64,000 bases of DNA from an uncultured Roseburia sp. Its GTDB lineage: Bacteria > Bacillota > Clostridia > Lachnospirales > Lachnospiraceae. The notes beneath the pieces are model-generated. The model worked only from the letters and a program-made list of their open reading frames with translations. It ran no database searches and was not told the DNA's origin. Location: assembly GCA_947649645.1 (NCBI GenBank), contig CANSSP010000014.1, positions 7,067 to 71,066 of the forward strand, read 5' to 3'. Positions 18,603-27,867 of this stretch are shown here, piece by piece; the first letter of the stretch is position 1, and each line of letters begins with the position of its first letter. The position numbers and the translations under genes were made by a program.

Positions 18603-20270
18603 TCAGTCCTTGTCCCAGTAAACCGTCGCGCCGCGGTGTGCGGAGGTAGCGCACTTCCGATAAAGATGCAGCCATCCGGATGCCGGTTTTCTGACCGGTT
18701 TCCATTCCGCCTTGCGGCGATGCAGTTCTTCTTCGCTCACATCTACATTCAGAGTACGGGCCTCAATATCAATATAGACCATATCTTTGTCCCGAATCAA
18801 GGCCAAATTACCTCCCTCAGACGCTTCCGGGCTCACATGGCCAATGGCAAGCCCTCCGGTCGCGCCGCTGAAGCGTCCGTCGGAGACAAGGGCAATCCGG
18901 CTGCCAAGCCCCTTTCCAAGCACCGCCGCCATAAACGTCTCCATATGCGGCATCCCCGGGCTCCCCTTCGGCCCCTCATAGCGGATGATCACCACATCTC
19001 CCGCCGTGATCTCATCCCGCAGAATGGCCTGCCAGGCGTCGTCCTGGGAATCATAGCATTTCGCCGGACCGGAAAACTTCCAGGCATCCTCGGAAACCGC
19101 GCTGAACTTGACAATGGCACTGTCCGTTCCGATATTGCCGTGCAGCACGGCCAGACCGCCCTGTGCATGGATGGGCGCTTTTACCGGATGAATCACTTCC
19201 TTATTGTTATTCTCCGAAATCGCCGCCTTCTCCTCTATTGTTCCGAACATTCCCTTCGCCGCCGTGTCAAAAAGACCTGCCGCCGCCAGCTCTTTTACCA
19301 CGGCGCCCAGACCGCCTGCCGCCTCAAATTCCTCCATCGTATAAGTCGGATGATTTGGGTAAATCGTACTGAGCACCGGAATCCTGCGGCTGATCTCATC
19401 AAATGTCTCCGGTGTAATCTCAAAATCCATCTGCCTGGCGAGCGCAGGAATATGCAGCACGCTGTTCGTACTGCCTCCCGTCGCCATCATATAGCGGACC
19501 ACATTCTCAAAGCTTCCCTGACTTAAAATATCGGACGGGCAGATTTTTTTTCTCCATGCCTCCATCACCTGGCGCGCCGCCTGACGCGCCAGATCATGCC
19601 ATTTTTCGGTCTGACTCCGGCAGCTTGCATTCCCGTGCGGGGTAAATCCCAGTATTTCCGCCATCGCACACATTGTATTTGCCGTTCCCATAAAAGGACA
19701 CGCGCCCGGCGTCGGACAGGCGTTTCGTACCACCTCTTTATATTCTTCCCGTGTGATGCTTCCCTCTTTATAGGCCGCATAAGCCTGTTTGGTGTGGGTC
19801 AGCGTCAGCATTTTTCCGCCCGGAAGACGCCCTGCGGCCATATACCCACCGGTAAACATCACCGTAGGAATATTCACCCTCAACGCCCCCATCAGCATGC
19901 CCGGCACTACCTTATCACACGTCGCCATGATCACCATGCCCTCTAACATATTCAGCTCCGCAACCGTCTCCACCTCTGAAGACACCAGATCTCTGGCCGG
20001 CAGGGTATAGCGGTCCCCCGGCGTATTGCTGCAGATGCCGTCACACACACCGCTGACCGGAAGCTCCAGAGCCAGCCCGCCGGCGTCATAAATCTCCTTT
20101 TTCATCTCCGCGATCAGCTCTCTGTCAAACGGAAAATGTCCCGGGTTCATCTCGTTCCATGCATTGATCAGCCCGATCACAGGACGCCCGGCATCTTCTT
20201 CCGATATCCCCATCGCATACAACAATGTATTGCGGTGATCAAGCGACTCCTCATTCCATTCCCGTATCAT
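18603..20270 (-). CDS. IlvD/Edd-family dehydratase (sugar-acid/dihydroxy-acid dehydratase)
   Basis: The family motif [11 protein letters not shown] is present, along with C-terminal [15 protein letters not shown] blocks. Length is 555 aa. Confidence 0.85.
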   Translation of the reverse strand: MIREWNEESLDHRNTLLYAMGISEEDAGRPVIGLINAWNEMNPGHFPFDRELIAEMKKEIYDAGGLALELPVSGVCDGICSNTPGDRYTLPARDLVSSEVETVAELNMLEGMVIMATCDKVVPGMLMGALRVNIPTVMFTGGYMAAGRLPGGKMLTLTHTKQAYAAYKEGSITREEYKEVVRNACPTPGACPFMGTANTMCAMAEILGFTPHGNASCRSQTEKWHDLARQAARQVMEAWRKKICPSDILSQGSFENVVRYMMATGGSTNSVLHIPALARQMDFEITPETFDEISRRIPVLSTIYPNHPTYTMEEFEAAGGLGAVVKELAAAGLFDTAAKGMFGTIEEKAAISENNNKEVIHPVKAPIHAQGGLAVLHGNIGTDSAIVKFSAVSEDAWKFSGPAKCYDSQDDAWQAILRDEITAGDVVIIRYEGPKGSPGMPHMETFMAAVLGKGLGSRIALVSDGRFSGATGGLAIGHVSPEASEGGNLALIRDKDMVYIDIEARTLNVDVSEEELHRRKAEWKPVRKPASGWLHLYRKCATSAHRGATVYWDKD

Positions 20271-20296
20271 ATCATTCCTCCTTCATTCTCCTCACG

Positions 20297-21004
20297 CTAA
20301 CCTCCCAGATATGCCTTCCTGATCTCATCCGACCCCAGCAGTTCCTCCCCGGAACCGGACAGGCTGATTCTGCCGTTTTCGAGCACGTAAGCATAATCGG
20401 AAACGCCCAGCGCCATCGCCGCGTTCTGCTCGACCAAAAGCACCGTAATCCCCAGATCGTGAATCTCACGGATAAGGTCATAAATCTGATTTACAATTAT
20501 CGGCGCAAGCCCCATCGACGGTTCGTCGAGCAGAAGAATCTTCGGCCGGCTCATCAGCCCGCGCGCCACTGCCAGCATCTGCTGTTCACCGCCGGAGAGC
20601 GTGCCCGCAAACTGATCTTTCCGCTGCTCCAGAATCGGAAACCGCTGATACTGCTCCGCGAGGTCTTCTTCCAGTTTTTTCCCCCGGAACAGATAGCCGC
20701 CCACGAGCAGGTTGTCGCGGATGGTAAGACCCGAAAAACATTTTCTTCCCTCTGGCACATGTACGATCCCCGCGCCAACAATTTTATCCGGCTTTTTCGG
20801 AAGCGGCCGCCCCTGAAATGCAATGCTTCCGGCCCGCGCGCTGACAAGACCGGAGACGGTGCGCAGAAGCGTCGTCTTTCCGGCGCCGTTTGCCCCGATG
20901 ATGGAGACAATCTGTCCCTCGCGCACCTCGGCGCTGACCCCGCGCAGCGCCTCGACGTGTCCATAACTGACCGAAAGGTCTGTGATCTTTAACAACGGCT
21001 CCAT
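20297..21004 (-). CDS. Liv-type (HAAT family) ABC transporter ATP-binding protein, LivF-like
   Basis: Walker A is GANGAGKTT, the signature is LSGGEQQMLAVARGL and Walker B is ILLLDEP. The start at MEPLLKITDL follows GGAAGGAGG. The longer track ORF would overlap the LivG-like gene. Confidence 0.85.
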   Translation of the reverse strand: MEPLLKITDLSVSYGHVEALRGVSAEVREGQIVSIIGANGAGKTTLLRTVSGLVSARAGSIAFQGRPLPKKPDKIVGAGIVHVPEGRKCFSGLTIRDNLLVGGYLFRGKKLEEDLAEQYQRFPILEQRKDQFAGTLSGGEQQMLAVARGLMSRPKILLLDEPSMGLAPIIVNQIYDLIREIHDLGITVLLVEQNAAMALGVSDYAYVLENGRISLSGSGEELLGSDEIRKAYLGG

Positions 21005-21005
21005 C

Positions 21006-21770
21006 CTAGTCCTCCTTCCCCAGATATGCTTCGATAACCTCCTGGTTCTGCCGCACCTCGTCCGGAGTCCCCACCGCAATGGTTTTACCGAAATTCTGGA
21101 CATGTATCAGATCGGAAATACTCATCACAAGCTCGAGCCTATGTTCGATCAGAAGAATCGCAAAGCCGATCTGCTTTGAAACCCTCCGGATGAGCTCCGT
21201 CAGTTCCCCGACCTCTGTCGGATTTAATCCCGCCGCCGGCTCGTCCAAAAGCAGTGTTTTCGGCTCGCACATCAGCGCGCGGGCGATCTCTATCCGGCGC
21301 TGCATGCCATAAGAAAGGTTTTCCGGACGTTCGTTTAAATAATCTTTCATGCCCACGATCTCCAGATACTTCTCGCACAGCTCTCTCCCGCGCTTTTCCT
21401 CCGCAAGGCGCTTTGGCGTCGGGAGCAGCCCTCCCAGAACCGTATATCTGCTCTGCGGGTCAAAAGCGCACATGACATTTTCCTGCACGGTAAGCCCCTG
21501 GAAAAGCCGGATATTCTGAAACGTCCGGCCCATACCCAGCCTGGTAATTTTATACTGCTCCAGCCTGGTGATCTGTGTTCCGTTCAGATATACCTCCCCG
21601 CTGTCCGCGGTATACACACCGGAAATCGTATTGAAAATAGTCGTCTTTCCCGCACCGTTCGGCCCGATAATGCCGTGAATTTCCCCGGCGTCAGCCTCAA
21701 TGGAAAAGTCCTGGATCGCCTTTACGCCTCCAAAGCTTTTATGAATATTTTTTACCTCCAGCAACGCCAT
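21006..21770 (-). CDS. Liv-type ABC transporter ATP-binding protein, LivG-like
   Basis: Walker A is GPNGAGKTT, the signature is LSYGMQRRIEIARAL and Walker B is LLLDEPAAG. Confidence 0.85.
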   Translation of the reverse strand: MALLEVKNIHKSFGGVKAIQDFSIEADAGEIHGIIGPNGAGKTTIFNTISGVYTADSGEVYLNGTQITRLEQYKITRLGMGRTFQNIRLFQGLTVQENVMCAFDPQSRYTVLGGLLPTPKRLAEEKRGRELCEKYLEIVGMKDYLNERPENLSYGMQRRIEIARALMCEPKTLLLDEPAAGLNPTEVGELTELIRRVSKQIGFAILLIEHRLELVMSISDLIHVQNFGKTIAVGTPDEVRQNQEVIEAYLGKED

Positions 21771-21771
21771 C

Positions 21772-22653
21772 TCATCTTTCCTCCTTCCGTCTCCCGCCGC
21801 CCGTCAGTCTGCCGATGCTTTTCTTTAGATTACCGGGCGTAAGCTCCCACTCTCCCAAAAGGCCGGAGGGCTTGAAATTCAGAATCAGAAGCACCAGAAC
21901 CGCGTATACGACATAGCGGTAATTCTGCAGGCCGCGAAGCATCTGCGGCAGCGCACTTAAAATAAATGCCCCCAGTGTGGAACCCGTCAGCGAATTTACG
22001 CCTCCGAAAAACACCATAATTACCCAGTCGGCGCTCTTTTTCCAGCCAAACCCGGTGGGATCCACATAAGACATATAAAAAACGTACAGCGCTCCCGAAT
22101 AGGCCGTCAGCGCAACGCTTAAGAGAAACGCCGTCATTTTGACGCGGATCACATTGATCCCCATGGCTTTTGCCGCCAGCTCATCCCCACGCAGTGCGAT
22201 GCACTGACGCCCGTATTTGCTGGTCTTAAAAAACGCCACGAGCAGGATGGCGACAACGGCGGAAACGCAGGCCAGCGGCAGTCCCACCCTGCGCGGGACG
22301 CCCGTCAGACCGGAAGCCCCGCCCGTCAGAAACGTCATACGGTTTAACAGCGCTCCGATCGCTTCCCCGAAACCCAATGTGACAAGCGAAATATAGTCGC
22401 GCCGTAAGCGCACGACGGGATAACCGATCAGATATCCCACTGCCACCGCCATCAGAACCGACAGCACAACCGCAAGCGCAAAATTCATGTGAAGCCTCAC
22501 GACCAGAAGGCCGGACGCATATGCGCCGATTGCCATAAACGCCGCCTGTCCAAGGCTGAACATTCCGGTCAGCCCGGTCAGTACATAGACGCCGGCAACG
22601 GCAATCAGTGTGATAAATACCTGTGTAAGAATGTTTGACACAAGTGCCGACAT
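21772..22653 (-). CDS. Liv-type ABC transporter permease, LivM-like
   Basis: This is a polytopic membrane protein of 293 aa. It sits 1 nt from the downstream ATPase gene. Confidence 0.85.
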   Translation of the reverse strand: MSALVSNILTQVFITLIAVAGVYVLTGLTGMFSLGQAAFMAIGAYASGLLVVRLHMNFALAVVLSVLMAVAVGYLIGYPVVRLRRDYISLVTLGFGEAIGALLNRMTFLTGGASGLTGVPRRVGLPLACVSAVVAILLVAFFKTSKYGRQCIALRGDELAAKAMGINVIRVKMTAFLLSVALTAYSGALYVFYMSYVDPTGFGWKKSADWVIMVFFGGVNSLTGSTLGAFILSALPQMLRGLQNYRYVVYAVLVLLILNFKPSGLLGEWELTPGNLKKSIGRLTGGGRRKEER

Positions 22654-22665
22654 AGTAATCCCTCC

Positions 22666-23538
22666 TTACGCTTTTTCCTGCACGTTGCTGCCTGCAATCC
22701 CCTGCGGACGGACCAGCAGAAACAGCAGCATAATCGCGAACGTTGCAATCGTTGAGTAACCGGAGCCAAGCAGAGACAACAGAATCGTCTCCAGGATCCC
22801 CAGCAGAAAAGCCCCTGCGATCGCCCCCGGCAGACTTCCCAGCCCGCCGATGACCGAGGCGATAAACCCTTTGACCACCAGGCTCCCGAGCGACGGATAC
22901 AGGGTATATTTAATGCCTAAGAACACGCCTGCGATGCCGGCGAGAACACCGGAAATCACAAAGGCAGACTGAATCATCCGGGTGGAATTGATTCCCATCA
23001 GCTGCGCCGTATCGCGGTCAAATGAGACCGCCCGCAGCGCGCGTCCCAGGCGGGTATTCTGAATCACAAAGGCGAGCACAAGCAACACCGCCACACTGAT
23101 GACAAACATCATCACATCGGTAGTGGAAATCACCAGACTGCCGATCCCGATCGTGGGATTATTAAAAAAAGACGGAAAATTGAAAAAATTGGAACCGACC
23201 CTGATCGTCACAAGGCCTTCATACAAAGTGCCCAGCGTAATCGAAGACACGAAAAAGTAAGTCGCGGAAGAATGGTTCTTTAAAATCCGGCGAAAGCCCA
23301 CAAACTCGCCGAACAACGCCACAACAGCGCCCGCCGCCCCTGCCGCCAGCAGCGTCGGAAAAAGTCCCAGCCCCTTATCCGCCACCAGGAAGTAGGAAAT
23401 AAACGCACAGGCGGTCATTGTGGCTCCATGAGAAAAATTAGAGAATTTCAATACGTTAAATATCAAGGCAAAGCCTGTCGCAATCAATGCGTAAACCGAT
23501 CCGGTCGCTATGCCGTTTAAAATAATTTGCAGCGACAT
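22666..23538 (-). CDS. Liv-type ABC transporter permease, LivH-like
   Basis: This is a polytopic membrane protein of 290 aa, occupying the LivH-like position upstream of the LivM-like permease. Confidence 0.85.
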   Translation of the reverse strand: MSLQIILNGIATGSVYALIATGFALIFNVLKFSNFSHGATMTACAFISYFLVADKGLGLFPTLLAAGAAGAVVALFGEFVGFRRILKNHSSATYFFVSSITLGTLYEGLVTIRVGSNFFNFPSFFNNPTIGIGSLVISTTDVMMFVISVAVLLVLAFVIQNTRLGRALRAVSFDRDTAQLMGINSTRMIQSAFVISGVLAGIAGVFLGIKYTLYPSLGSLVVKGFIASVIGGLGSLPGAIAGAFLLGILETILLSLLGSGYSTIATFAIMLLFLLVRPQGIAGSNVQEKA

Positions 23539-23649
23539 CTGTTTTCCTCCCTGCTGTCCCTTTTGTCAGACCGGGCCGCCATCCCTGTCTGTGGCGATGA
23601 CGGCCCGCTTCCTTATACGGGCGGCATTTCTGCGGCCCAGCTGCCATGT

Positions 23650-24933
23650 TTAATTGCCTGCATATTCCTCCAGCATAACCGGTGTCTGATTGTCATACGT
23701 ATACATAAACATTCCCATCCCGGCCGGCATATGGCTTGCCGGGTCCATGGTAATCTTACCGGTCAGTCCTTCAAAATCTTTTACATTCGCAATGGTATCG
23801 CGAAGCGCGTCTGCATCCTCAAGCCCCGCTTTCTCAATGCAGGCTTTTGCAACCATCACAATATCGTATCCGAGGAAATACTTGTTGACAGCGCTCACCT
23901 TGTCTTCAATTTTCGCAACCATCTCCGAAGTCTTCTCATCGTTCACATCGATATTATTGATGTAATAAATATTGGAGCAGTCCCCGCCGAACGTCGTATT
24001 GAAAGGAGGCGCCGCATCCAGCCCGTTTATAATCTTGCCTTTAAATCCCAGCTCTGAAGCCGCCGTGCAGATCGCCACAAGCTGCTGTGTGTAATTCGGA
24101 CAGTAAATGGCGTCAACCCCTGCAGACACGATCGGCTGCAGCAGCGTCTTGTAATCGGTATCTGCCGCGCCATATGCCACGATCAGGCTCTCGTCGACCG
24201 TAATTCCCTGGTCTTTGAGTGTGTCAAGGAACGGATTGAGCAGAGATACGGAATAACTGTTCTCCTGATTGTAAAGGACACCAAACGTCTTAAGCCCGTT
24301 CTTCACGGCGAAAGAAGCCATGATATCTCCCTGTGTGTTCGCGTTCGGCTGGAAACAGAACATATTCTTATAAGCCGTCCCGTCTTCCTTTAACTGACAT
24401 GCCGGGTCCATCGCCAGACCCATGACAGGCACATCGTAATCCTCGGAGGTTTCCTTGATTGCATTGGCAATGTTCGCCACCGGAGGACCGACGATAATCG
24501 AAACATTATCGACCGTCACCGCAGTGATATAAGCATTCACCGCTTCTGTGACATCGCCCTTTGTGTCGTAAGTTTTCATTACCAGCGTTTTCCCGTTCAC
24601 GCCGCCGCTTGCATTGATTTCATCTACAGCGTCCTGGGCACCGGTCTGAACCGAAATCCCAAGAGCAGAGGTGGATCCGGTGATATCCTGGAGACAGCCG
24701 ATAAGGATTTCACCGTCTCCCGCCGCGGGCTGTGAAGCTTCCGTTCCGGAAGCAGACGCGTCGGCATCTTCCCCCATGTCTCCTGCGTCCGCGCCGTCTT
24801 CTCCCCCGGCATCGTTGCCCGCGCTGCCCTGATCTGCACTGCCGGAACCTGTTTTTCCCGGATCCCCGCCGCAGGCAGCCATCCCAAATGCCATTGCAAG
24901 CGCAAGTGTCACAGCAAGTAGTTTTTTCTTCAT
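23650..24933 (-). CDS. Liv-type (type I periplasmic binding fold) substrate-binding lipoprotein with a long acidic linker
   Basis: The start at MKKKLLAVTLALAMAFGMAACGG carries a lipobox. A roughly 60-aa G/D/A/S-rich linker follows, then the binding domain. AAAAGGAGAG precedes the ATG. Confidence 0.8.
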   Translation of the reverse strand: MKKKLLAVTLALAMAFGMAACGGDPGKTGSGSADQGSAGNDAGGEDGADAGDMGEDADASASGTEASQPAAGDGEILIGCLQDITGSTSALGISVQTGAQDAVDEINASGGVNGKTLVMKTYDTKGDVTEAVNAYITAVTVDNVSIIVGPPVANIANAIKETSEDYDVPVMGLAMDPACQLKEDGTAYKNMFCFQPNANTQGDIMASFAVKNGLKTFGVLYNQENSYSVSLLNPFLDTLKDQGITVDESLIVAYGAADTDYKTLLQPIVSAGVDAIYCPNYTQQLVAICTAASELGFKGKIINGLDAAPPFNTTFGGDCSNIYYINNIDVNDEKTSEMVAKIEDKVSAVNKYFLGYDIVMVAKACIEKAGLEDADALRDTIANVKDFEGLTGKITMDPASHMPAGMGMFMYTYDNQTPVMLEEYAGN

Positions 24934-25021
24934 AAGTATCTCTCCTTTTCTTCTATTCTTTACCACACAAGACGGTGTGCCATGCGGCGTTCACCCTCCT
25001 GTGCAATAAGAGACATTTGCG

Positions 25022-25047
25022 AATTATTGCAAACGTTTGCAATAATT
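25022..25047. promoter_or_regulatory. Perfect 26-bp palindromic LacI-family/CcpA cre-type operator in the leader of the ABC-catabolic operon
   Basis: AATTATTGCAAACGTTTGCAATAATT is its own reverse complement. The core TTGCAAACGTTTGCA fits the cre consensus WTGNAANCGNWNNCW. It lies about 55-80 nt downstream of the predicted -10 element. Confidence 0.55.
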
Positions 25048-25105
25048 TTGAAAAAAGAAAGCAAAACCTTCCAATCCACCTAAGGATTGCTTTTGCCTTG
25101 CATAA

Positions 25106-25134
25106 ATACTAACACTCTTACTATTTTTTGTCAA
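25106..25134 (-). promoter_or_regulatory. Sigma-A-type promoter of the Liv-type ABC / catabolic operon
   Basis: The minus strand reads TTGACA-17 nt (AAAAATAGTAAGAGTGT)-TAGTAT, about 170 nt upstream of the substrate-binding-protein ATG. Confidence 0.5.
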
Positions 25135-25252
25135 TATATAATTAATTCACAGAATATTTGTCAGTTTTTCAGGTATTCTGCATAACTGCTCTGGCATATT
25201 CTCCTCTCTGCTTTCTACATACAGAATCTATTATTTTATGGAGAAAATGCCA

Positions 25253-25270
25253 GAATTGCAAACGTTTTCC
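25253..25270. promoter_or_regulatory. Second, imperfect copy of the operator half-site
   Basis: GAATTGCAAACGTTTTCC shares the ATTGCAAACGTTT core with the 26-bp palindrome. It lies about 120 nt upstream of the -35 element. Confidence 0.3.
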
Positions 25271-25308
25271 ATTTTTTCCTGGTTTTTCCACCGCCTTTTC
25301 TTTTCTGT

Positions 25309-26205
25309 TTACTCCGAAAGTCTCTCCTCTTTTTTCCGGATATCTTCCGCAAGATACTCTCGCAGCATACGCGCCTCCGGCCGGCCGCACCCCTGCGCCG
25401 ACAGACTGAAAACCATGCGAAATTCTGCAGTCGGCCACACCCTGACCGCTCTTACATCCGCCGAAACATGCCGCTTTGCCACCTGTCCCATAATCATCGC
25501 CACACCCATCTTTTCTTTCACCAGCCCGGCGATTGTTTCCCCCGATGCTCCGGTATAGACAACCCTTGGCTCAAACCCTGCCCGGCGGCATAGTCTGATG
25601 CTCTGTCCCCGCAGATCCGTGCCCGCATTCAGCAGCAAAAAGCGCTCTTCCGAAAATTCTTTCAGCGGTACCGGCTCCTTAAGATGCGCCAGGGGATGTC
25701 CTTCCCACACAAGCAGCGCCAGCTCGTCCGTGCCCAGTGTTATGCTGTGCGGCTGCAGTTCCTCTGTCGTCTCCGTCCGATAAATTGCCGCGTCACACTG
25801 TTTCCCGGCAGACAGCATCTTTAAGGTGGCATTGTCCTCCTCGCTCAGCAAAATCTTTATTTCGGGATGACGCTCTGTAAACGCACGCAGCCGTTCCGAA
25901 AAACCATAATATCCCAGCACCGGCAGCACTGCAATATGCAGCAGAGCCGGCTGATATCTCACGGCTTTAAGCATCCGCTCATACTGCTCCATCAATGCGC
26001 GCGCTTCCGGCAGCAGCCGCTCTCCGGCAGGCGTGAGCACGGCCTTTCGGTGCCGCCGCTCAAACAGCTGCGCCCCCAGATCCCGTTCCAGACGCGCGAT
26101 CTGCTTTGAGACCGACGACTGCGTCGTGTATAAAGCCTCTGCCGCCTCCGAAAAACTCCCGCTCTCCGCAACACGAAAAAAAAATGTAAGTCTTTCCAGT
26201 TCCAT
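25309..26205 (-). CDS. LysR-family transcriptional regulator
   Basis: The N-terminal wHTH is FFFRVAESGSFSEAAEALYTTQSSVSKQIARLE, followed by a substrate-binding domain. It is divergent from the isomerase-like gene. Confidence 0.9.
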   Translation of the reverse strand: MELERLTFFFRVAESGSFSEAAEALYTTQSSVSKQIARLERDLGAQLFERRHRKAVLTPAGERLLPEARALMEQYERMLKAVRYQPALLHIAVLPVLGYYGFSERLRAFTERHPEIKILLSEEDNATLKMLSAGKQCDAAIYRTETTEELQPHSITLGTDELALLVWEGHPLAHLKEPVPLKEFSEERFLLLNAGTDLRGQSIRLCRRAGFEPRVVYTGASGETIAGLVKEKMGVAMIMGQVAKRHVSADVRAVRVWPTAEFRMVFSLSAQGCGRPEARMLREYLAEDIRKKEERLSE

Positions 26206-26253
26206 ATCATCCCCCTATTCCATTTTGTGAATCAAACATAGCACGAAACGGAA

Positions 26254-26282
26254 TTGCCTGTAAAGAGATTGTGTCTTACAAT
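26254..26282 (+). promoter_or_regulatory. Candidate sigma-A promoter for the isomerase-like gene
   Basis: TTGCCT-17 nt-TACAAT on the plus strand, about 160 nt upstream of ATG 26440. Confidence 0.4.
26268..26282. promoter_or_regulatory. Candidate LysR-type T-N11-A box
   Basis: ATTGTGTCTTACAAT is an interrupted dyad (ATTGT-N5-ACAAT) that satisfies T-N11-A. It lies in the divergent intergenic region and overlaps the candidate -10 element. Confidence 0.3.
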
Positions 26283-26307
26283 AACTGTAAACAGACAAAA
26301 AGATAAC

Positions 26308-26374
26308 GTGTGAAAAAACTGCCATGCTTATTTTTCACACACAGATTTGCGCGGGAGCGTCGCAAATCTGTGTG
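26308..26374 (+). promoter_or_regulatory. Two abutting strong hairpins in the 5' leader of the isomerase-like gene
   Basis: Hairpin 1 is GTGTGAAAAA-N13-TTTTTCACAC (26308-26340). Hairpin 2 is CACACAGATTTGCG-N9-CGCAAATCTGTGTG (26338-26374), with perfect 14-bp arms. The two share 3 nt. Neither is followed by a U-tract. Confidence 0.45.
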
Positions 26375-26439
26375 ACGGCAGACGCAGACCTGTAATCCTG
26401 CGCGCCCCGTCGCATTTACGCTCCGGAATGGAGGTTGCC

Positions 26440-27711
26440 ATGAAAAAAATATACGCTTTTTTTACCGCACGCAGATACTGGAAAGAGGAAAAAGAACTGA
26501 CAGACGCCTTTCTTGCGATCGCCGGGCTCATTTCCGGAGAAAATACCCGGGATTGTTTTCTGATCGAGGACGGAAATGGAATGGATAAACTGCCGGAGGC
26601 AGACTGTCTTATCGCCATTCCCATGAGCGGCGCCGTCCAGCGGGATGTTCTTAAGGCGGCAGACCGCTATCCGTGCGTCGTTCTGTGGGCAGCTTATATC
26701 CGCGGCGGGCAGCTTTCCGAGACAGTGACAAACGAAATGCTGCGCCACAACGCGGCCCCTGCCTTTATGGACTGCTGGGCGGTACTGCGCCGCACGCACA
26801 GACATAGTTATCCTGCCTTAAGCGTCAGGGAGCTTAAGGACATACTGCGAATCCATGAGGCTTACTGTCATGTAAAAAAATCCAGACTTCTTGTGATCGG
26901 CGATACGGAACCATGGGTAATCAGCAGCAGCAGAAATTCTGCCATTTATGAGGAGCGTTTCGGCCTGACGATTGAACACGTTCCACAGAAAGAAATCGCA
27001 GACCGCTACCGCTCGACGACGGATGCCGACGGTTCGTTTTATTATGATTACTTCCTGCGGCACGCGCACGACTGCAGGGAACCCGATGATCAGGATATCC
27101 GCAACGCCGCAAGGATGGCTTCCGCGCTCGCAGAAACCTTAAACGCTCACGACGCACAGGGCTGTGCGCTCGCCTGCTTTCGTCTGCTCGCGGAAGGAAC
27201 CAACCTCTGCCTGGGTGTAAGCTACATCAACGACTGCACCGACAAAATCGTCTCCTGCGAAGGAGATATGGACAGTGCCGTCACCATGCTTCTGATGAAA
27301 AAACTCACAGACAGCGGCCTCTGGATGGCCAATCCGGCATTCAATCCCGATAAGTCCATCCATTTCTCCCACTGCACTGCACCCGTACATGCCTGCGGCA
27401 GCGCGCTGCCGGTCATTCTGCGCAGTCACCATGAGAGCGGCATCGGCGTCAGCCTGCAGGTTGATCTGCCGCTTCACCAGACCGTCACTGCCTGCCGTAT
27501 CTCCGATGAAGCATCCTCTGTCACGATTCACACAGGAGAATCCATAGAAGGACCCTATGCGTGCGCCTGCCGTACCCAGATGCATGTAAAATTAAAAGAT
27601 CCCGATCACTACCTGCGCACCGCCCTGGGCTGTCACCAGGTCTTTGCATTTGAAGACATCTCCCGGCAGATGGCGCAGCTCGCAGAATTGTTTTCGCTGA
27701 AAATACTGTAA
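26440..27711 (+). CDS. Sugar isomerase-like protein (L-fucose/L-arabinose isomerase family resemblance, tentative)
   Basis: The ATG at 26440 is preceded by GGAGG 5 nt upstream. The 423-aa soluble protein has a C-terminal block (VSCEGDMDSAVTMLLMK) that resembles the conserved metal-site region of FucI/AraA-like isomerases. The family call is from memory and has not been searched. Confidence 0.5.
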   Translation: MKKIYAFFTARRYWKEEKELTDAFLAIAGLISGENTRDCFLIEDGNGMDKLPEADCLIAIPMSGAVQRDVLKAADRYPCVVLWAAYIRGGQLSETVTNEMLRHNAAPAFMDCWAVLRRTHRHSYPALSVRELKDILRIHEAYCHVKKSRLLVIGDTEPWVISSSRNSAIYEERFGLTIEHVPQKEIADRYRSTTDADGSFYYDYFLRHAHDCREPDDQDIRNAARMASALAETLNAHDAQGCALACFRLLAEGTNLCLGVSYINDCTDKIVSCEGDMDSAVTMLLMKKLTDSGLWMANPAFNPDKSIHFSHCTAPVHACGSALPVILRSHHESGIGVSLQVDLPLHQTVTACRISDEASSVTIHTGESIEGPYACACRTQMHVKLKDPDHYLRTALGCHQVFAFEDISRQMAQLAELFSLKIL

Positions 27712-27740
27712 TTCAGAGAATCAGAAAAATCCATATGATA

Positions 27741-27787
27741 AAAAAGAGTGCAAAGCCGCTGAAATTCAGCGGACTTTACACTCTTTT
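27741..27787. terminator. Bidirectional rho-independent terminator between convergent genes
   Basis: AAAAAAGAGTGCAAAGCCGCTGAA-A-TTCAGCGGACTTTACACTCTTTT forms a stem of about 19 bp with two mismatches. It is flanked by an A-run and a T-run, so it can terminate both the plus-strand gene and the minus-strand operon. Confidence 0.65.
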
Positions 27788-27867
27788 GGGTATGATGCGC
27801 AATCACTATTTATTCTGCTATCTTTCCTGTCGCCAGAAAGGATGTCGCATGCAGTGTATAAAATTGC

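Noticed and set aside
20297-24933. Naming the ABC transporter as the branched-chain amino-acid importer LivFGMHJ.
   Set aside because: Only family membership (HAAT/Liv-type) is supported. The operon context, with a LacI regulator and sugar-acid-type enzymes, argues against assuming Leu/Ile/Val as substrate.
26347-26439. A TTG-initiated 31-codon N-terminal extension of the isomerase-like gene in the ORF track.
   Set aside because: The extension runs through the perfect 14-bp-arm hairpin and has no RBS. The ATG at 26440 has GGAGG 5 nt upstream.
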